This document shows, in pieces, positions 14,451 to 28,725 of a DNA stretch of 64,000 bases (the stretch's first letter is position 1; every line of letters begins with the position of its first letter). The notes beneath the pieces are model-generated. The model worked only from the letters and a program-made list of their open reading frames with translations. It did not search any database and was not told the origin of the DNA. Made by a program: the position numbers and the translations under genes. Source of the stretch: Ylistrum balloti (lineage: Eukaryota); NCBI RefSeq assembly GCF_031769215.1, contig NW_026782067.1:682001-746000 (forward strand). Direction: 5' to 3'.

Positions 14451-17194
14451 CACACCCCACCCCATCCCATAATTTTGTCTTCTTACTGCATGGACAAGTC
14501 TTCTCCAATAATCTGGAAAATTTTAAACTCTATGATCACAGCAAACTGACCAGCAAGTGAGTCAATATGATAAATTGGAAAGTGAGAGTATGATTTGCAA
14601 CATTGAAAATTTTGTAATAAAGACCATCTTCAATGCTTAACCAAAACATATTTTCAAAACTTATGCCATTAAATGTTGATATACATTTAGCTATTCAAGT
14701 GTTACAAATAAAAGCCTAAATTGAGATCTGGGAGATTTTTTTTTCATGGCTTTCGAAGAAAATCTCATTTAAAACAACATGATTATTAGAAAAGAGATGG
14801 CTATATCTATCATGAAAAGACATTGACCTGGCAGAAATAACATTTGATTGAAAGCTGATCAATACCCATTAGGTCTAACATGATAGTAAGTTTGTTAAAG
14901 ATAGATGTAAACACTATTCAGCTTCATATTCTTAACATAGAATATCGCCTACTTCTAACATTCAAAGTCATAATAAGGTCATAGTATTTTACATCTGGCA
15001 CATCAGGAGTGCCATAGACCTGGCACAAAACCTATGCCACAAATCAATTCCTGATCTTGAGATCTGATGGTGAAGACCACTGAATGGCCAGCACAGAAAA
15101 CTGAACACAAACAATGCTAGTCGAGCCTCATAAATCTGATTTTTATTGATAATAATTAGGATTGCGGGGCGATAAGGATATGTTACCAAGTGCACTGAGA
15201 AAGGGGATCCCAAGTCGGTAAAGGAAGTCAAGATATACCATTCCCTACAGGAAACACATCAAAGACACACAGTGGAGCAAGGGGGAATTTGTGATCAACA
15301 TCTAATGCATACACTGTGCATAAGTGCTATAGATCCCACAGGGAGGGGGCCCTGGGTCATACTGAACATATCTGTTCTCATGGACAATATCTACATTTCT
15401 CTCACTTCTTTGGTAAAATGTTGGAGTATCAGCACTGAGTGTATAAAGTCCTAGTTGGAGAATACCATACAAAGGAGCTTTAGACCCTATCTGCAGTGTA
15501 AGATTATCAGCATCCAGATGTTAAGCATTATACATTTTGCTTCTGGCTTTAAATCCCATGATGCAGTTGTATTAAATTAAAATTCCTTCACTACCAGCAT
15601 GCAGAATGTACCTCAGTATAAGATAATTAGAGTCCAGTTTTCAAATATTGCACATCTTGTTTAAATTCAAAACTTCCATGATGCATCTGTAATACTTAAA
15701 AATGTTGAAACAGTCATTCAATTTATGGTTAAAATGAAATCAAAAAGATATGAAATGCTCCACTGCTACCATATAGTAATTAAACAGTTTTAATCTTAAA
15801 CACCACATATACATTTTATCATTAGTGGTGTCATTATTTCTCAAGAGTTTTAATAAGATCAAATGTTTAGCCCCACAGAATAAATTTTTTTTAATGTGAA
15901 GAAATATATAATTTCATGTCAATTGAGCCATACAGCTATGGCATTTCCAAATGAGCCATTGCATCTAGCAGAGAATATGTGAGAAAGTCCGAGTGTTACC
16001 GTTTGTGTCATTTACGATGAGGGTTGGTTTTGTATTAGCCTAGATAATTACTTACATGAAAGTTACCACACCTCCTTAAGTATTCAACACCCTTTAATTA
16101 TTACGATACCGTACCACTAAATTACTTTTGCCTTCAACCAGGAGAAAAAATTCTCTGACAAGTCAATAACCATGAACAAGCAATTTTGTAACATCATGCA
16201 TATTTCAGAAGTTGCGATGATGCACGAGACTCAATAATGACCTTTGATTAGTTACGACCTTGGTGCCTCACTTGAGATGAACATTGTCTTGGGTGCCTTT
16301 AAAGACTTTAAACAATCAGTCAAAAAAATATTTTCAAGCAAAATCTGTGCAATTTAAATTTTCACATTTGATTTATGTGAAATAATTCCACAGAGCCAGG
16401 ATATCTTTACACAACTTGAAATAATTCATCACTATTCATACTTGAAGCCTAATATCAAAAACATACTGCTAATGAAGAAATAAAAATATGCACCAAGGAA
16501 AATGAATCGATATTAATGAACCAGTAATGGTTCTATATCACAGTTGTATCTATATAAACAATTGCATGACTTGGTAAATACGTGTCTGTAGTGTTGATAT
16601 GCAGTAGATATACTCAAGCCAAACAGCTGCTACCAATCCTGTTTGTCTCCAACAATCACCAAAAAGATTTACCAATCACGTCTATGATCTATATGCTGCG
16701 GAAATAGAAAAGTGGGATAATTATTAATTCTTTAAAGGTTTCGTCTCTATGGATTTTCATGGACAGCTTCTCATTGCATGAGTTTGTCAGAGAGATTGTG
16801 ACTGGGTTCCAGCAGGGTACAGGCCAACTACTTGCCTAATACATTACATCTCCAACACTGGCTCTGTCCAACACTAAGTGTGTGACAGCGTACTGATGGA
16901 CCCTGTCCTAATAGACATGTGTTCTACCTCAAGTCAATAATCTCATACTGTACAGAAAATAAATGTGTGTTATAGCCAGCAATGAATTCCTTATAGAAAT
17001 GCCAACCTTCAGATTACCAGCTAAATGTTACGTAATCACACTGACTCAATATTGCTGTTCCAGAAAAGAAGGTCATCTACATATCTGAATCATTTTCCTT
17101 TACAATGTAATTCAAATGATTTTAAACTTAAACAATTCTTTTAATTATCTTCAAAGTATTACTTCAACATACGACAGAATCATTTGTCCAATTA

Positions 17195-17290
17195 CCATAT
17201 TTTCCAGGCCACAACAGTATATAAGCCACAGGGCCAGATTTTAGCGATTTTTAAAAATTCTATCCACAGATAAGCTGCACCCTTTCGTAC
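17195..17290. mobile_element. Possible decayed pogo/Tigger-like MITE end
   Basis: taccatattttcc...tataagccac...gataagctgcacc resembles the CCGTATTTTCC...TATAAGCCGCA type of terminus, recalled from memory only. Confidence 0.2.
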
Positions 17291-17639
17291 AAAGTGTTAA
17301 CCATTATGTTGACCAAAATTATTTGGCATAACAGACAATGGAAGGTAATTTATCGAGATCATCAATGAAACATTTAAAAAAGTTTACAAAAAAATTATAC
17401 ACAAATAAATTTTACCGATATTCTTTATTCTTTCACAGATTGTCTTTGCACAGATACAGGGCCTGACGTTACACAGGGTTTAATAAACTATCTCTCCATT
17501 GGTGTCTGTACTGTTAACTATTAACAAAGGCCCTTGCATGCTGACCAAATTCATCTAGTCTCATATCATTTCTTCTTGTAAGTTACACAAAGCCATTAAG
17601 ATATCAGAAACAAGCATGGTGATCATTCTATAATTTGAC

Positions 17640-17945
17640 CTATAACTTGAGGACCTATTGATCCTCTTCACCCAAGGATGCTTCAGAACAAATAGAGCAA
17701 TATCCATTCATTTCTAGAGGAAAAGTAAGATTGTAGAGATCTTTTAAAATTCCCCCTTTTTAACCCTGAGCATCAGGCTCCTGGGGGCCAGTAACCAATA
17801 TTTATAAAAATTTGGTTCCCTCTTCCCCAAGGATGCTTCAGACCAAATTTGGTCAAACTCTGTCAAGTCATTCATGACTAGTTATGATTTAAGTAAATGC
17901 GCGCTGGACATCACGCCATAGCATTTACTCATCGGTTCTTAAGGG
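17640..17945. mobile_element. Possible remnant of a non-autonomous Helentron-associated (HINE-like) element with an internal subrepeat of about 155 bp
   Basis: A near-identical cctcttc.cccaaggatgcttcaga occurs at about 17663 and 17819; resemblance to bivalve satellite-carrying elements is from memory. Confidence 0.3.
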
Positions 17946-18868
17946 CACATCTTTAAAATGCCCAAAACTGATTCTTATCTAAAAAAACAAAACAAAGATT
18001 TACCAAGCTTAATCAACATTCAGGAAACTCCTACAGAGGAAAATCATCTATCAATGATGAAATGAAGATATATATAAAATGATATATCTTCTACTGTTGA
18101 TATGCCTCCTGCACTCCCTTTCCTAACCTAAAATATGGACAGCATGCTTATAAGAATTTGAGACAGAAAGCTAGTTTTAGCACCTCAAGGATATTGTATG
18201 TATCAACATTATTTAAATCTAACCAACAGTGATCCAGTGACATTTCTCTTTTTCACAGCTCATATTGTAGCATCAGCACTAAAATAAACTTGAGAAACCT
18301 TTTGGAAATCCAATCCATTATGTTAACAACCAAGTTAATGTTTTAAGACAGAGAATTTTTTCACACTTTGTTAATTATCTTTACAAGGCTATCTTCCAAG
18401 GCTATCGCTTTTAAATACCAATTTAAATTTCATAGCAGTTTGTCTTAATTTGCGGCTTCATTCATCAACCACAACTTTTATTGCTGATGTTGACAAGCAG
18501 AACCACCAAAAGCCAATGAGTGCATGAAGCATGCCCAATGGATTGTAATCAGCTGTACACCTGGGAACAAAAGGCTGGGTATGTACATTGTCATATCCTT
18601 TTGAACAAAAAAATTTATCTTTGCATGGTCATATCCCCACGAAAAACAACATCCCATATAGTACCTGTGTACAACTTAGACACAGGTAAAGCGAAAACTA
18701 GGCACAGCATCAGGTAAAACAAAACACATCCTTATTCAAATCAGGTTCATTGCTCAATTAAAAATATGTGTATATCTGAAAGTAAGTAACCAATGTTCAA
18801 TAATCAATACCAATGTGTGTATTCCAAAATCAGGAACAAAGGAGTAATACTACAGACCTACATCACGA

Positions 18869-18978
18869 CTATCTCAAGGTTTGTCACAAAGGTACAGTAT
18901 TCCAGACCAACATGTGCCTATCTCAAGGTTTGTCACAAAGGTACAGTATTCCACACCACCATGTGCCTCTCTCAAGGA
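18869..18978. repeat. 49-bp tandem duplication
   Basis: ctatctcaaggtttgtcacaaaggtacagtattcca at 18869 and 18918. Confidence 0.85.
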
Positions 18979-20834
18979 ACACAACACAGAATAAACTATT
19001 TATTCCTAAAATCTATGACACCTTTGAAGTTACAGTAGCATATTGCTAAATTTTGTTTAAAATTATTACATATGTAATAATGAAACCCCCAACTTCCCTT
19101 AGGTTAAATTTATAAGGAATGTTAAGAACCTGCATCATTAAGTGTGGACATAAAACTGTTGTTAACTACTTTTGATACTCTATCTAGGATCACGAACACA
19201 AGTCAAGTACACCAAACCTTAATCATTTATAACCAGATGGCAATGCATTCCAAACTACTATCAAATGGATATTTCAAAATTGTGTAATTACTTTAGACAA
19301 GATTTCAAAGTTGAATTCAATATTTTTCCAAATTTTACCTATTTTTCATGGGTTTTTTTCATGCTTAAACTGCTACTATAGAAATCTTTGATAAAAATTG
19401 ATAACTTTTCCCAAAAATGTAGTGAAGTTAACTTGCACAACTATCAAAATCAGGAAAATTTAGCAGTATCTACAAATTATTTTCCATTTTATCATGATAT
19501 GTATATTACCAATGAATTTGGGATCTTCAGCATTATTAGTGTGTTATCTTTACTCTAACACGACTGGTCCTTACTCAACTACATCTACCTGCCCACATCG
19601 ATAATTCTTATTATCTTCTCCAAATTAATCTCAGACAAACATCACAAAGTTACACATCTATTTTATGCTAAAATCATACAATCATACATTATGAATGATT
19701 TTTTTTTAAATCAAAATCATTTACAGAATGATCAATTGACATCACAAGTGAGAAAAATCTCTTCTGTCAAGTCCTGCCAGGCTGGTATTACCGTAACTGC
19801 CAGGCTGTCATGGTGCCAGAGAATCACTGTTAAATTGGCTGATCACCGAGTGTGAGCCTGACAATCATAACCTTGACAGCTTCTCACAAACATCTTCAAC
19901 ACCTACACGTAAGGTCCTGGAACAATGCTGCTTCTTGCAGCAAATTTCAAAAGTTGACATCATATATAAAATAAATTTAGTGAAAAATTCATGTTAACAT
20001 AAGTACATCTTTTGTATGGTTTTGTGTAGCGTAAAACATCTATGAATTTGGACTCTAAATTCCTTCATGATTCAGTGGCCTTGTGACCTTATGATTCTGA
20101 GTATGGGCTTGTGGATATTTCTGTTCTTTTTTTGGTAAGCAAGAGAAGCCATCAAGGTCAAGTGAATCCGGTAGAAGATAACAGATATACTAATGAAACA
20201 GAGATTACAAAGGCTTGATCAACACCAAAACAACAACAGATTTATACAAGCTACCCACCAAGGCAGTGCTTACACTGACATTGATGCTAAAGAAGACAGA
20301 AACTCCAGCTTCATTCTGCAGAGCATTTTGACCAGCTCTAAATATATAAATAAAGATCCTTGATCAGTAAATTAATAATCCTAAGGCTATAGAGACAAAC
20401 CATAATTAAATTATCAAAGGTAAGGAGAGCATCTTGATAATATTAATACCTGAACACTCTGTCATTAATTAGTAGCTTGACTTTGATGCAGATTTACACC
20501 AACCCAATTAGTATTACTTTCACTTTTGATTAGACAAATTAGAGCAGGCCACAGGCAAACAGCAGGGATTCTAGTCAATTTTACTGACCCTGGAATGTGT
20601 CCAATACATTTACTAACTAATAAACTACACAATAACTCTTCCTGTCAATATCATTGCATTTTTAACTTCCTTATTTCCTTTCACTTTGATCTGCGATACA
20701 AAATTAAGGCACACTTAACATACATCATACATGTAACCTTGATGGCTAACTCCCTATAATGACATTTTCTGTAAACCAAAATATATATATATGGAAACTT
20801 GACAGCCCCTGATAATGAAGTATGTAATGTTATT

Positions 20835-21185
20835 ACAGTATTACAAATGTCATGTTGTAAAAGTATCACAAATGTCAAGTTATAACAGAACTACAAAAGT
20901 CATGTTATTGCAGTATACCAAATGTAATGTTATAACAGTATTATATATGTCATTTTATAAGCGTATTACAAATGTCATGTTATAACCATATTACAAATGT
21001 CATGTTATAAAAGTATCATAAATGTCATGTTATAAAAGTACTAAAAATGTCATGTTATAACAGTTTTAAAATTGTCATGTTATAACAGTGTTAAAAATGT
21101 CATGTTATAACAGTGTTACAAATGTCATGATATAAAAGTATTATAAATATCATGTTATTACTGTTACAAATATCATGTTATAACG
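20835..21185. repeat. Minisatellite, 25-bp unit (aatgtcatgttataacagtattaca), about 14 degenerate copies
   Basis: Period 20971/20996. Confidence 0.9.
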
Positions 21186-22435
21186 GCTAGCCACATAGCA
21201 GAACTTTGACCAATCAACATGGACTACATAAATTACTATAAAATACACATAGCATATTCTAAAAATAATCAAGGAAATTAAATGAATGTTTGAAAAGATG
21301 TAAAATATGATGGACCAATTGAAATCAAGCAGTTCTACTTTCGGCAAAAGTTTATAATCGTGGTCAAACTCTACTGATGTTTAAATTGTCACTAAGCTGA
21401 GTTGACTTAAACTCTAAAATGCAAACCATCTTTTTTTCCCTTTTTTCACACATTGGCTGAATACAATGTAGAATCACACAGGTAAAACCAATACACAACA
21501 CACATTCATTGTGTGAACTCATATAACCATAAATAGACATAAAACAGAGGATAGGAAAAAGACTAAATAAATAACATATCTTTGACATCTAATAAATATG
21601 TATGGTACCAATATTGATTTTCTATATACTTTAATGTACATTATATAATTAAAAAAAACACTAATCCTCTATGTTATGAATTTAAAATATTAACTATTTC
21701 ACTAAAAACTCACACCAACGACAGGAGTTGACAAATCAACAGCATGGAAAGAATAATATTTCCTACAGCAATTATTCATGGATCTAATGAATTCAGTGTT
21801 GATTGTCAGTCATCATTTGTTGATCAAGGTCACCAGATAAAAATCTACTTACAACTATACATGCAATAGAGCGATTCTTAGAAAAGGTCTTACTGCAAAA
21901 TGGAATGTTCCAATTTATCTTTAACAATCACCAACCCAACATAATTTCTAATTTGCATCTTTTATCAACCATGACTTTTAATATGGAATAAAAGTAAAAT
22001 ATTGTTCATACACCACACTTCGAACAAAGCACAATATCAAATCACATGACACATGCTTGTTTTTATGTTAAAATAATTTTGTATTCATGAAAAGTGAGAG
22101 ATTGTGTTTTTAGACATACAAGATGTAGGATGACAGTTTAAGAAGGTATAGGTTAACAGTAAACATACTAGTTAGAGAAATTGCCAGGTAATAATATCAC
22201 TAACTACTTACTGGTGGGCTATTATCAAAATCCAGTCATTTATTAGGGTACCATTAGTAAGTAATTTATCACAGTAGCATTATGCTGGTATATTGATTAA
22301 AGTACCATTAGCGGATAATTAATCCGAGCATTACTAGTATTATATAGTAGTCAATAACTTGGCAGAGATCAATCATAATTACACACAACAGCACAAGTTA
22401 TTTAGCATCATCCTGAATCATTATCATATACTTCG

Positions 22436-22703
22436 CCAGTAAGGCAAGCAACAAAGTACTGCAGTACCTTCTTAATGTGAGCACAATGGTTCAGTAATAA
22501 CACCAGTAAGGCAAGCAACAAAGTACTGCAGTACCTTCTTAATGTGAGCACAATGGTTCAGTAATAACACCAGTAAGGCAAGCAACAAAGTACTGCAGTA
22601 CCTTCTTAATGTGAGCACAATGGTTCAGTAATAACACCAGTAAGGCAAGCAACAAAGTACTGCAGTACCTTCTTAATGTGAGCACAATGGTTCAGTAATA
22701 ACA
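22436..22703. repeat. 67-bp unit, 4 near-perfect copies
   Basis: ccagtaaggcaagc at 22436, 22503, 22570 and 22637. Confidence 0.95.
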
Positions 22704-23379
22704 TTTGTTGAACACAACAACTCAATAATAACAATCAACATTTGTTGAACAGTTCAACAATACAATCATTAATTGGGGATCATTGTTCTCAAATACCAAC
22801 AGTTATTAACCTTAAGTGCTCAATAATACCTTCATAAATCAGGAATCATTGTTCTGTAATACATGTACCAAGAGCTGTTAAAACACTGGTGTTCAATAAT
22901 AATTGGTGTATCTTCAAAATTAAACATTATTGTAAAAATTGCCAAATGAACTGATACTGAGCTGAATAACAAGCAATGACTACAGCAGTACATCTGACCA
23001 CATATATCCAAACAAAGACATGGTAAAGGACAATAACTCTGTTTTCCATTCGACACAAGATCCCATTTCAGCTCAAGACGCTTCACAAAACCAAAGTATC
23101 TCCCATATGTTATAGCTACACCTATTGTTCACAGAACATTGAAGCCATGTCTATGGTTCACTTTAACATTTTTAGTATAAAATATTCAATATAATGACAT
23201 CAACTAAATAAAGAAGATTTGAACCCTGACTATAGATCACTATGAAAGCTTTCAGTTTATAGTATGCAATATAGTTACATCTTATATATATAGAAAATTG
23301 GAACCCCGTCTATGATACACTGCAATAGTTTTAGTGTAAAGTATATGGTTACATCTTTAGTAAGAAAACATTGTAGCTC

Positions 23380-24963
23380 TGTCTATGGTTCACTATATAA
23401 TATAGTCACATCTATTGTATGTAGAACATTGCAGCCCTGTCTATGGTTCATTATATACTATAGTTACATCTATTGTATGTAGAACATTGTAGCTCTGTCT
23501 ATGGTTCACTATATACTATAGTTACATCTATTGTATGTAGAACATTGCAGCCCTGTCTATGGTTCATTATATACTATAGTTACATCTATTGTATGTAGAA
23601 CATTGTAGCCCTGTCTATGGTTCATTATATAATATAGTTATATCTATTGTATGTAGAACATTGTAGCTCTGTCTATGGTTCATTATATAATATAGTTATA
23701 TCTATTGTATGTAGAACATTGCAGCCCTGTCTATGGTTCAATATACAATATAGTTACATCTATTGTATGTAGAACATTGCAGCCCTGTCTATGGTTCATT
23801 ATATACTATAGTTACATCTATTGTATGTAGAACATTGTAGCCCTGTCTATGGTTCATTATATACTATAGTTACATCTATTGTATGTAGAACATTGTAGCC
23901 CTGTCTATGGTTCAATATACAATATAGTTACATCTATTGTATGTAGAATATTGTAGCCCTGTCTATGGTTCATTATATACTATAGTTACATCTATTGTAT
24001 GTAGAACATTGTAGCTCGGTTTATGGTTCACTATATACAATATAGTTATCATCTATTGTATGTAGAATATTGTAGCTCTGTCTATAGTTCAATATACAAT
24101 ATAGTTACATCTATTGTATGTAGAACATTGCAGCCCTGTCTATGGTTCACTATATACTATAGTTACATCTATTGTATGTAGAACATTGTAGCCCTGTCTA
24201 TGGTTCAATATACAATATAGTTACATCTATTGTGTGTAGAACATTGTAGCCCTGTCTATGGTTCATTATATAATATAGTTATATCTATTGTATGTAGAAC
24301 ATTGTAGCTCTGTCTATGGTTCATTATATAATATAGTTATATCTATTGTATGTAGAACATTGCAGCCCTGTCTATGGTTCAATATACAATATAGTTACAT
24401 CTATTGTATGTAGAACATTGTAGCTCTGTCTATGGTTCATTATACAATATAGTTATATCTATTGTATGTAGAATATTGTAGCCCTGTCTATGGTTCATTA
24501 TATAATATAGTTATATCTATTGTATGTAGAACATTGCAGCCCTGTCTATGGTTCACTCTATACTATAGTTACATCTATTGTATGTAGAATATTGTAGCCC
24601 TGTCTATGGTTCATTATATAATATAGTTACATCTATTGTATGTAGAACATTGTAGCTCGGTTTATGGTTCACTATATACTATAGTTTCATCTATTGTATG
24701 TAGAATATTGTAGCTCTGTCTATAGTTCAATATACAATATAGTTACATCTATTGTATGTAGAACATTGTAGCCCTGTCTATGGTTCACTATATACTATAG
24801 TTATATCTATTCTATGTGGAACATTATAGCTCTGTCTATGGTTCATTATATACTATAGTTACATCTATTGTATGTAGAACATTGTAGCCCTGTCTATGGT
24901 TCACTATACAATATAGTTACATCTATTGTATGTAGAACATTGTAGCTCTGTCTATGGTTCACT
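23380..24963. repeat. Minisatellite, 58-bp unit (tatagttacatctattgtatgtagaacattgtagccctgtctatggttcattatatac), about 27 copies
   Basis: Period 23461/23519; degenerate units from about 23220. Confidence 0.96.
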
Positions 24964-25825
24964 ATGACAGCTGTTAATGTAGCTACATCCACACCTGTTA
25001 TAGGTTTGTATGCAGATGCAATAGAACCAATTTCCTTGGAAAGCTCCAGACTTCAAAACATAAGCTACTTCATATTTGATTACAATTATGCATATGTTGC
25101 AGTAAATCAAAACAACTTTTCTCATCAGAAACGACAAGTTGTACTTAAAACAAGGATGTTCCATATGCATTTCAAGACTCTGCACAAGGACTTTAAGCAT
25201 AGGATGCCTAAATACAAGATTCTTTGTGAAATAGGAATATGATACTCGTAAGTGGTTGAAATCAATTCAGCTCAGCAGCAAATTTTTCCTTTCAGTCACA
25301 TGTTTCACAGAACTGTTTCTTTCCCATAATATTTCTAACAGGAACATTCAATATAAAAAGCATGAAAATTAATGGCTTTTATTATCACAAAAACAGCTAG
25401 ATTTCTTTTCAAGAACAATGGAAGGTCTGACATTAGACAATATCAATAAATGAACTATGACCTTAAAGAAAAACATAACAGTAACCCAGTACAGTATAAA
25501 CTGCAATGTGACCTTTCAGGTCCAAACAGATGATATACCACTCCAGTTATTAGTTTTATGAATTTCAATGAAACTTCAATTAGAAAATACAGAGTTCACA
25601 GGATTAGACTATATATGTCCAAACAATCATTTCAAGGTTACTTTTTACAGTACTGCAAACCATAACAACAGGAAATTATTAGGGTTTCAATGGTTTCCTC
25701 CCTGGAATATAACTAACCTGGCAATTATAGCAAATCCCATCTCTCACCGAAGTTAATGAAAACCAAAGTGGAAAGAATTACCTACCTCCAATTCCCAAAC
25801 CCATCCCCAACCCCCAAATAAAGGG

Positions 25826-26150
25826 GTGAACAAATAAACTCATCAACCATCCCCCACCCTCTCCCCCAACCCCTAAACCAAGGCTGAACAAATAAACTCA
25901 TCAACCATCCCCCACCCTCTCCCCCAACCCCTAAACCAAGGCTGAACAAATAAACTCATCAACCATCCCCCACCCTCTCCCCCCAACCCCTAAACCAAGG
26001 CTGAACAAATAAACTCATCAACCATCCCACACCTTCTCCCCCAACCCCTAAACCAAGGCTGAACAAATAAACTCATCAACCATCCCCCAACCCCTCCCCC
26101 AACCCCCAAACCAAAGGGTGAATAAACAAACTCATCAACCATCCCCCATC
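25826..26150. repeat. C-rich unit of about 58 bp, about 5 copies
   Basis: gaacaaataaactcatcaaccatccccc at 25828 and 25886. Confidence 0.92.
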
Positions 26151-26865
26151 CCCTTCCACCCAAATGACTATATAATTAGCATATTTATATTTACACTACA
26201 ATCCAAGAAATGAACTCAAACCGAAGAAATTAAATTCATAACACCATGATAAAATGTAATTGTGTCATTTTGATAAGGTTATGCTGATGTTTAACCAATA
26301 AATGTGGGATCTATTGGGAAAACACCCTTTGTTAATACAACCCATGAAATGACTATATCTACAACTGATTATCAAGCATCGGTGAATAAAGTATTTGTAT
26401 TGTAGGTGAGGCTGGGTACATTAAAATTGATTTTCATTTTCTCTCACCTGTAATAACATGCCCCATCCATACCAACGACAAATATAAACCAGCACTTAAG
26501 CTGTTTTTCCCAATAATACAATTCAATACCTGGAAAGCCAATGTCTCAAGTCAAGTATTATGTACCTGCAAAATCATGTACCATTAACAATCAAACGCTA
26601 TTGCTGCTGAAAGCCAATGACTCAAATACAATATACAGAAACACAGTTAATATTTGTGCTCAAGACAGAAGTATATAACTACTACATCAGTAGGCAAACA
26701 TTACCAGGGATAATTGTTAATTTATTTGTGCAAACACTAAGATGACTACCATCTAAAGTAAACTATTACAGCTACAACCCGAGTTCCAAGACTAAGTACA
26801 AGTTCATATAAGCGACATATAGAAATACTTCCATCATGGCTAAGAAGAAGAGTTCTACTGCGGAC

Positions 26866-27125
26866 ACCATACCTGTCAACCCTCCCTATTTCAAGGCATT
26901 TCCTGAATATTTGTATGTAATAAGAGTTCCACTTCTAACACCATACCTGACAACCCTCCCTATTTTATGGAGTCTCCTGGTTATTGGTTTATAAGAGTTC
27001 CACTTCTAACACCATCCCTGTCAACCCTCCCTATTTTATGGAGTCTCCTGGTTATTGGTTTGTAAGAATTTCACTCCTGACACCATACCCAACAACCCTT
27101 CCCATTTTATGTACCCATTTTATGT
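26866..27125. repeat. Unit of about 68 bp, 3-4 diverged copies
   Basis: accatacctgtcaaccctccctatttt recurs. Confidence 0.8.
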
Positions 27126-27753
27126 AGTTTCCCGACTTTTACTCTGAATCACTTCACTTGTATACATTCTAAAGTGTACTAAGTTACTATGTACATTGGA
27201 TAAAACCGAGCAAACCAGCAGAAGCTCTTCACTCAGTCAAATAGAAATTTACATATAGATCTTGAAGACAATATCAATTTTGGCAATGCTCTTTCTTGTT
27301 CAATTTTTTCAAAAAATTCAATCAAGATTTTTCCTGACTCACAATTGTCTCAGTTTTCAAAGTGTCATTTTAATGTTGTGCATCTATAATTCCTAGATGG
27401 AAATAATGGTTGTCAGACAGTCACTTAAGCAATCAAAGGTTGTTTATAAGTCATACATAACAGTCATTCCTGACCCTATTTGACTAACAAAAATGGTAAG
27501 ACCCTGTGCATTCAAGCTACCCAAAGTGATCAGCTTATCTCCATGTCTATAATGGTGCATCTAAAAAATAGAAACCCAGTCGTCCTATTCCTATCTGTCA
27601 AAGTGTCAAGTCTGCAGGTCACCAGAAGGTGGACATATTTGAGCTATTAACCCGAAGCTTCCTGCCAAAATCTACAATAATTTAAGTATAACCCTCTCCC
27701 TGATCTATCCTATCTTCATTGTTAAACATATGTAAAATAGAGAGTACATGTAA

Positions 27754-27823
27754 CCCTGTCAGGCTCAGCTGGTGGGAATTTCCCTTTAGCCAAGAGACGG
27801 GCCATTTCAAGCCCCAGCATGGG
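27754..27823 (+). pseudogene. Decayed tRNA-like sequence (tRNA pseudogene or SINE head)
   Basis: A-box-like ggctcagctggt, B-box-like ttcaagcccc inside a gggc/gccc stem, and partly complementary ends; no clean anticodon arm. Confidence 0.25.
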
Positions 27824-28119
27824 TGGGACATTTTTCATTAATCCTTCCTATTAAAGATATAAAAAAATCTGACTTCACTTGAAGTAATCCTGCTTTGTTC
27901 ATGCACCCTCTAACCTCCTGAAAATATATCCATCTGATAGAAATGTACTGAGTTAACTTACACATAGGGTTGGGATATAGCGATCTGCACACAGATTAAC
28001 ATATGGTTTTAAGAGTATAATGTCATTAAACACCAAAGAATTGCAAAATTTATGTATAATATTACAGCTGTAGAGGGCAAAAGCTGACCTTACTAGTCTT
28101 TGCTTCAAGCCAACCATCA

Positions 28120-28725
28120 TCCTGTCGAGTTAGGAGAGTAAATATTGCGTTTAAAGTCTATCAAGGGTTGGTATTATTATATCAGAAACTGTGTTAAAAG
28201 ACTACCAAGGGAGAGTATTATTGTTTACCCAGTCCTGTCGAGTTAGAAGAGTAGAAACTGTGTTAAAAGTGTACCAAGGGGTGATATCATTGTTTACCCG
28301 TCCTGTCGAGTTAGAAGAGTAGAAACTGTGTTAAAAGTGTACCAAGGGGTGATATCATTGTTTACCCGTCCTGTCGAGTTAGAAGAGTAGAAACTGTGTT
28401 AAAAGTGTACCAAGGGGTGATATCATTGTTTACCCAGTCCTGTCGAGTTAGAAGAGTAGAAACTGTGTTAAAAGTGTACCAAAGGATGATATTATTGTTT
28501 ACCCAGTCCTATCGAGTTAGAAGAGTAGAAACTGAGTTAAAAATCTACCAAGAAATGGTATTAATGTTTACCCAGTCCTATCCAGTTAGAAGAGTAGAAA
28601 ATGAGTTAAAAGTCTACCAAGGAATGGTATTAATGTTTACCCAGTCCTATCGAGTTAGGATAGTAGAAACTTTGTTAAAAGCCTACCAAGGGTTGGTATC
28701 CTTGTTACCTAGCTCTGTCGAGGTA
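28120..28725. repeat. Minisatellite, 68-69-bp unit (tgtcgagttagaagagtagaaactgtgttaaaagtgtaccaagg...), about 9 copies
   Basis: Direct reading. Confidence 0.92.

Noticed and set aside
26836-26994. 52-aa ORF MAKKKSS... with good start context
   Set aside because: It runs directly into the 68-bp repeat and is probably chance.
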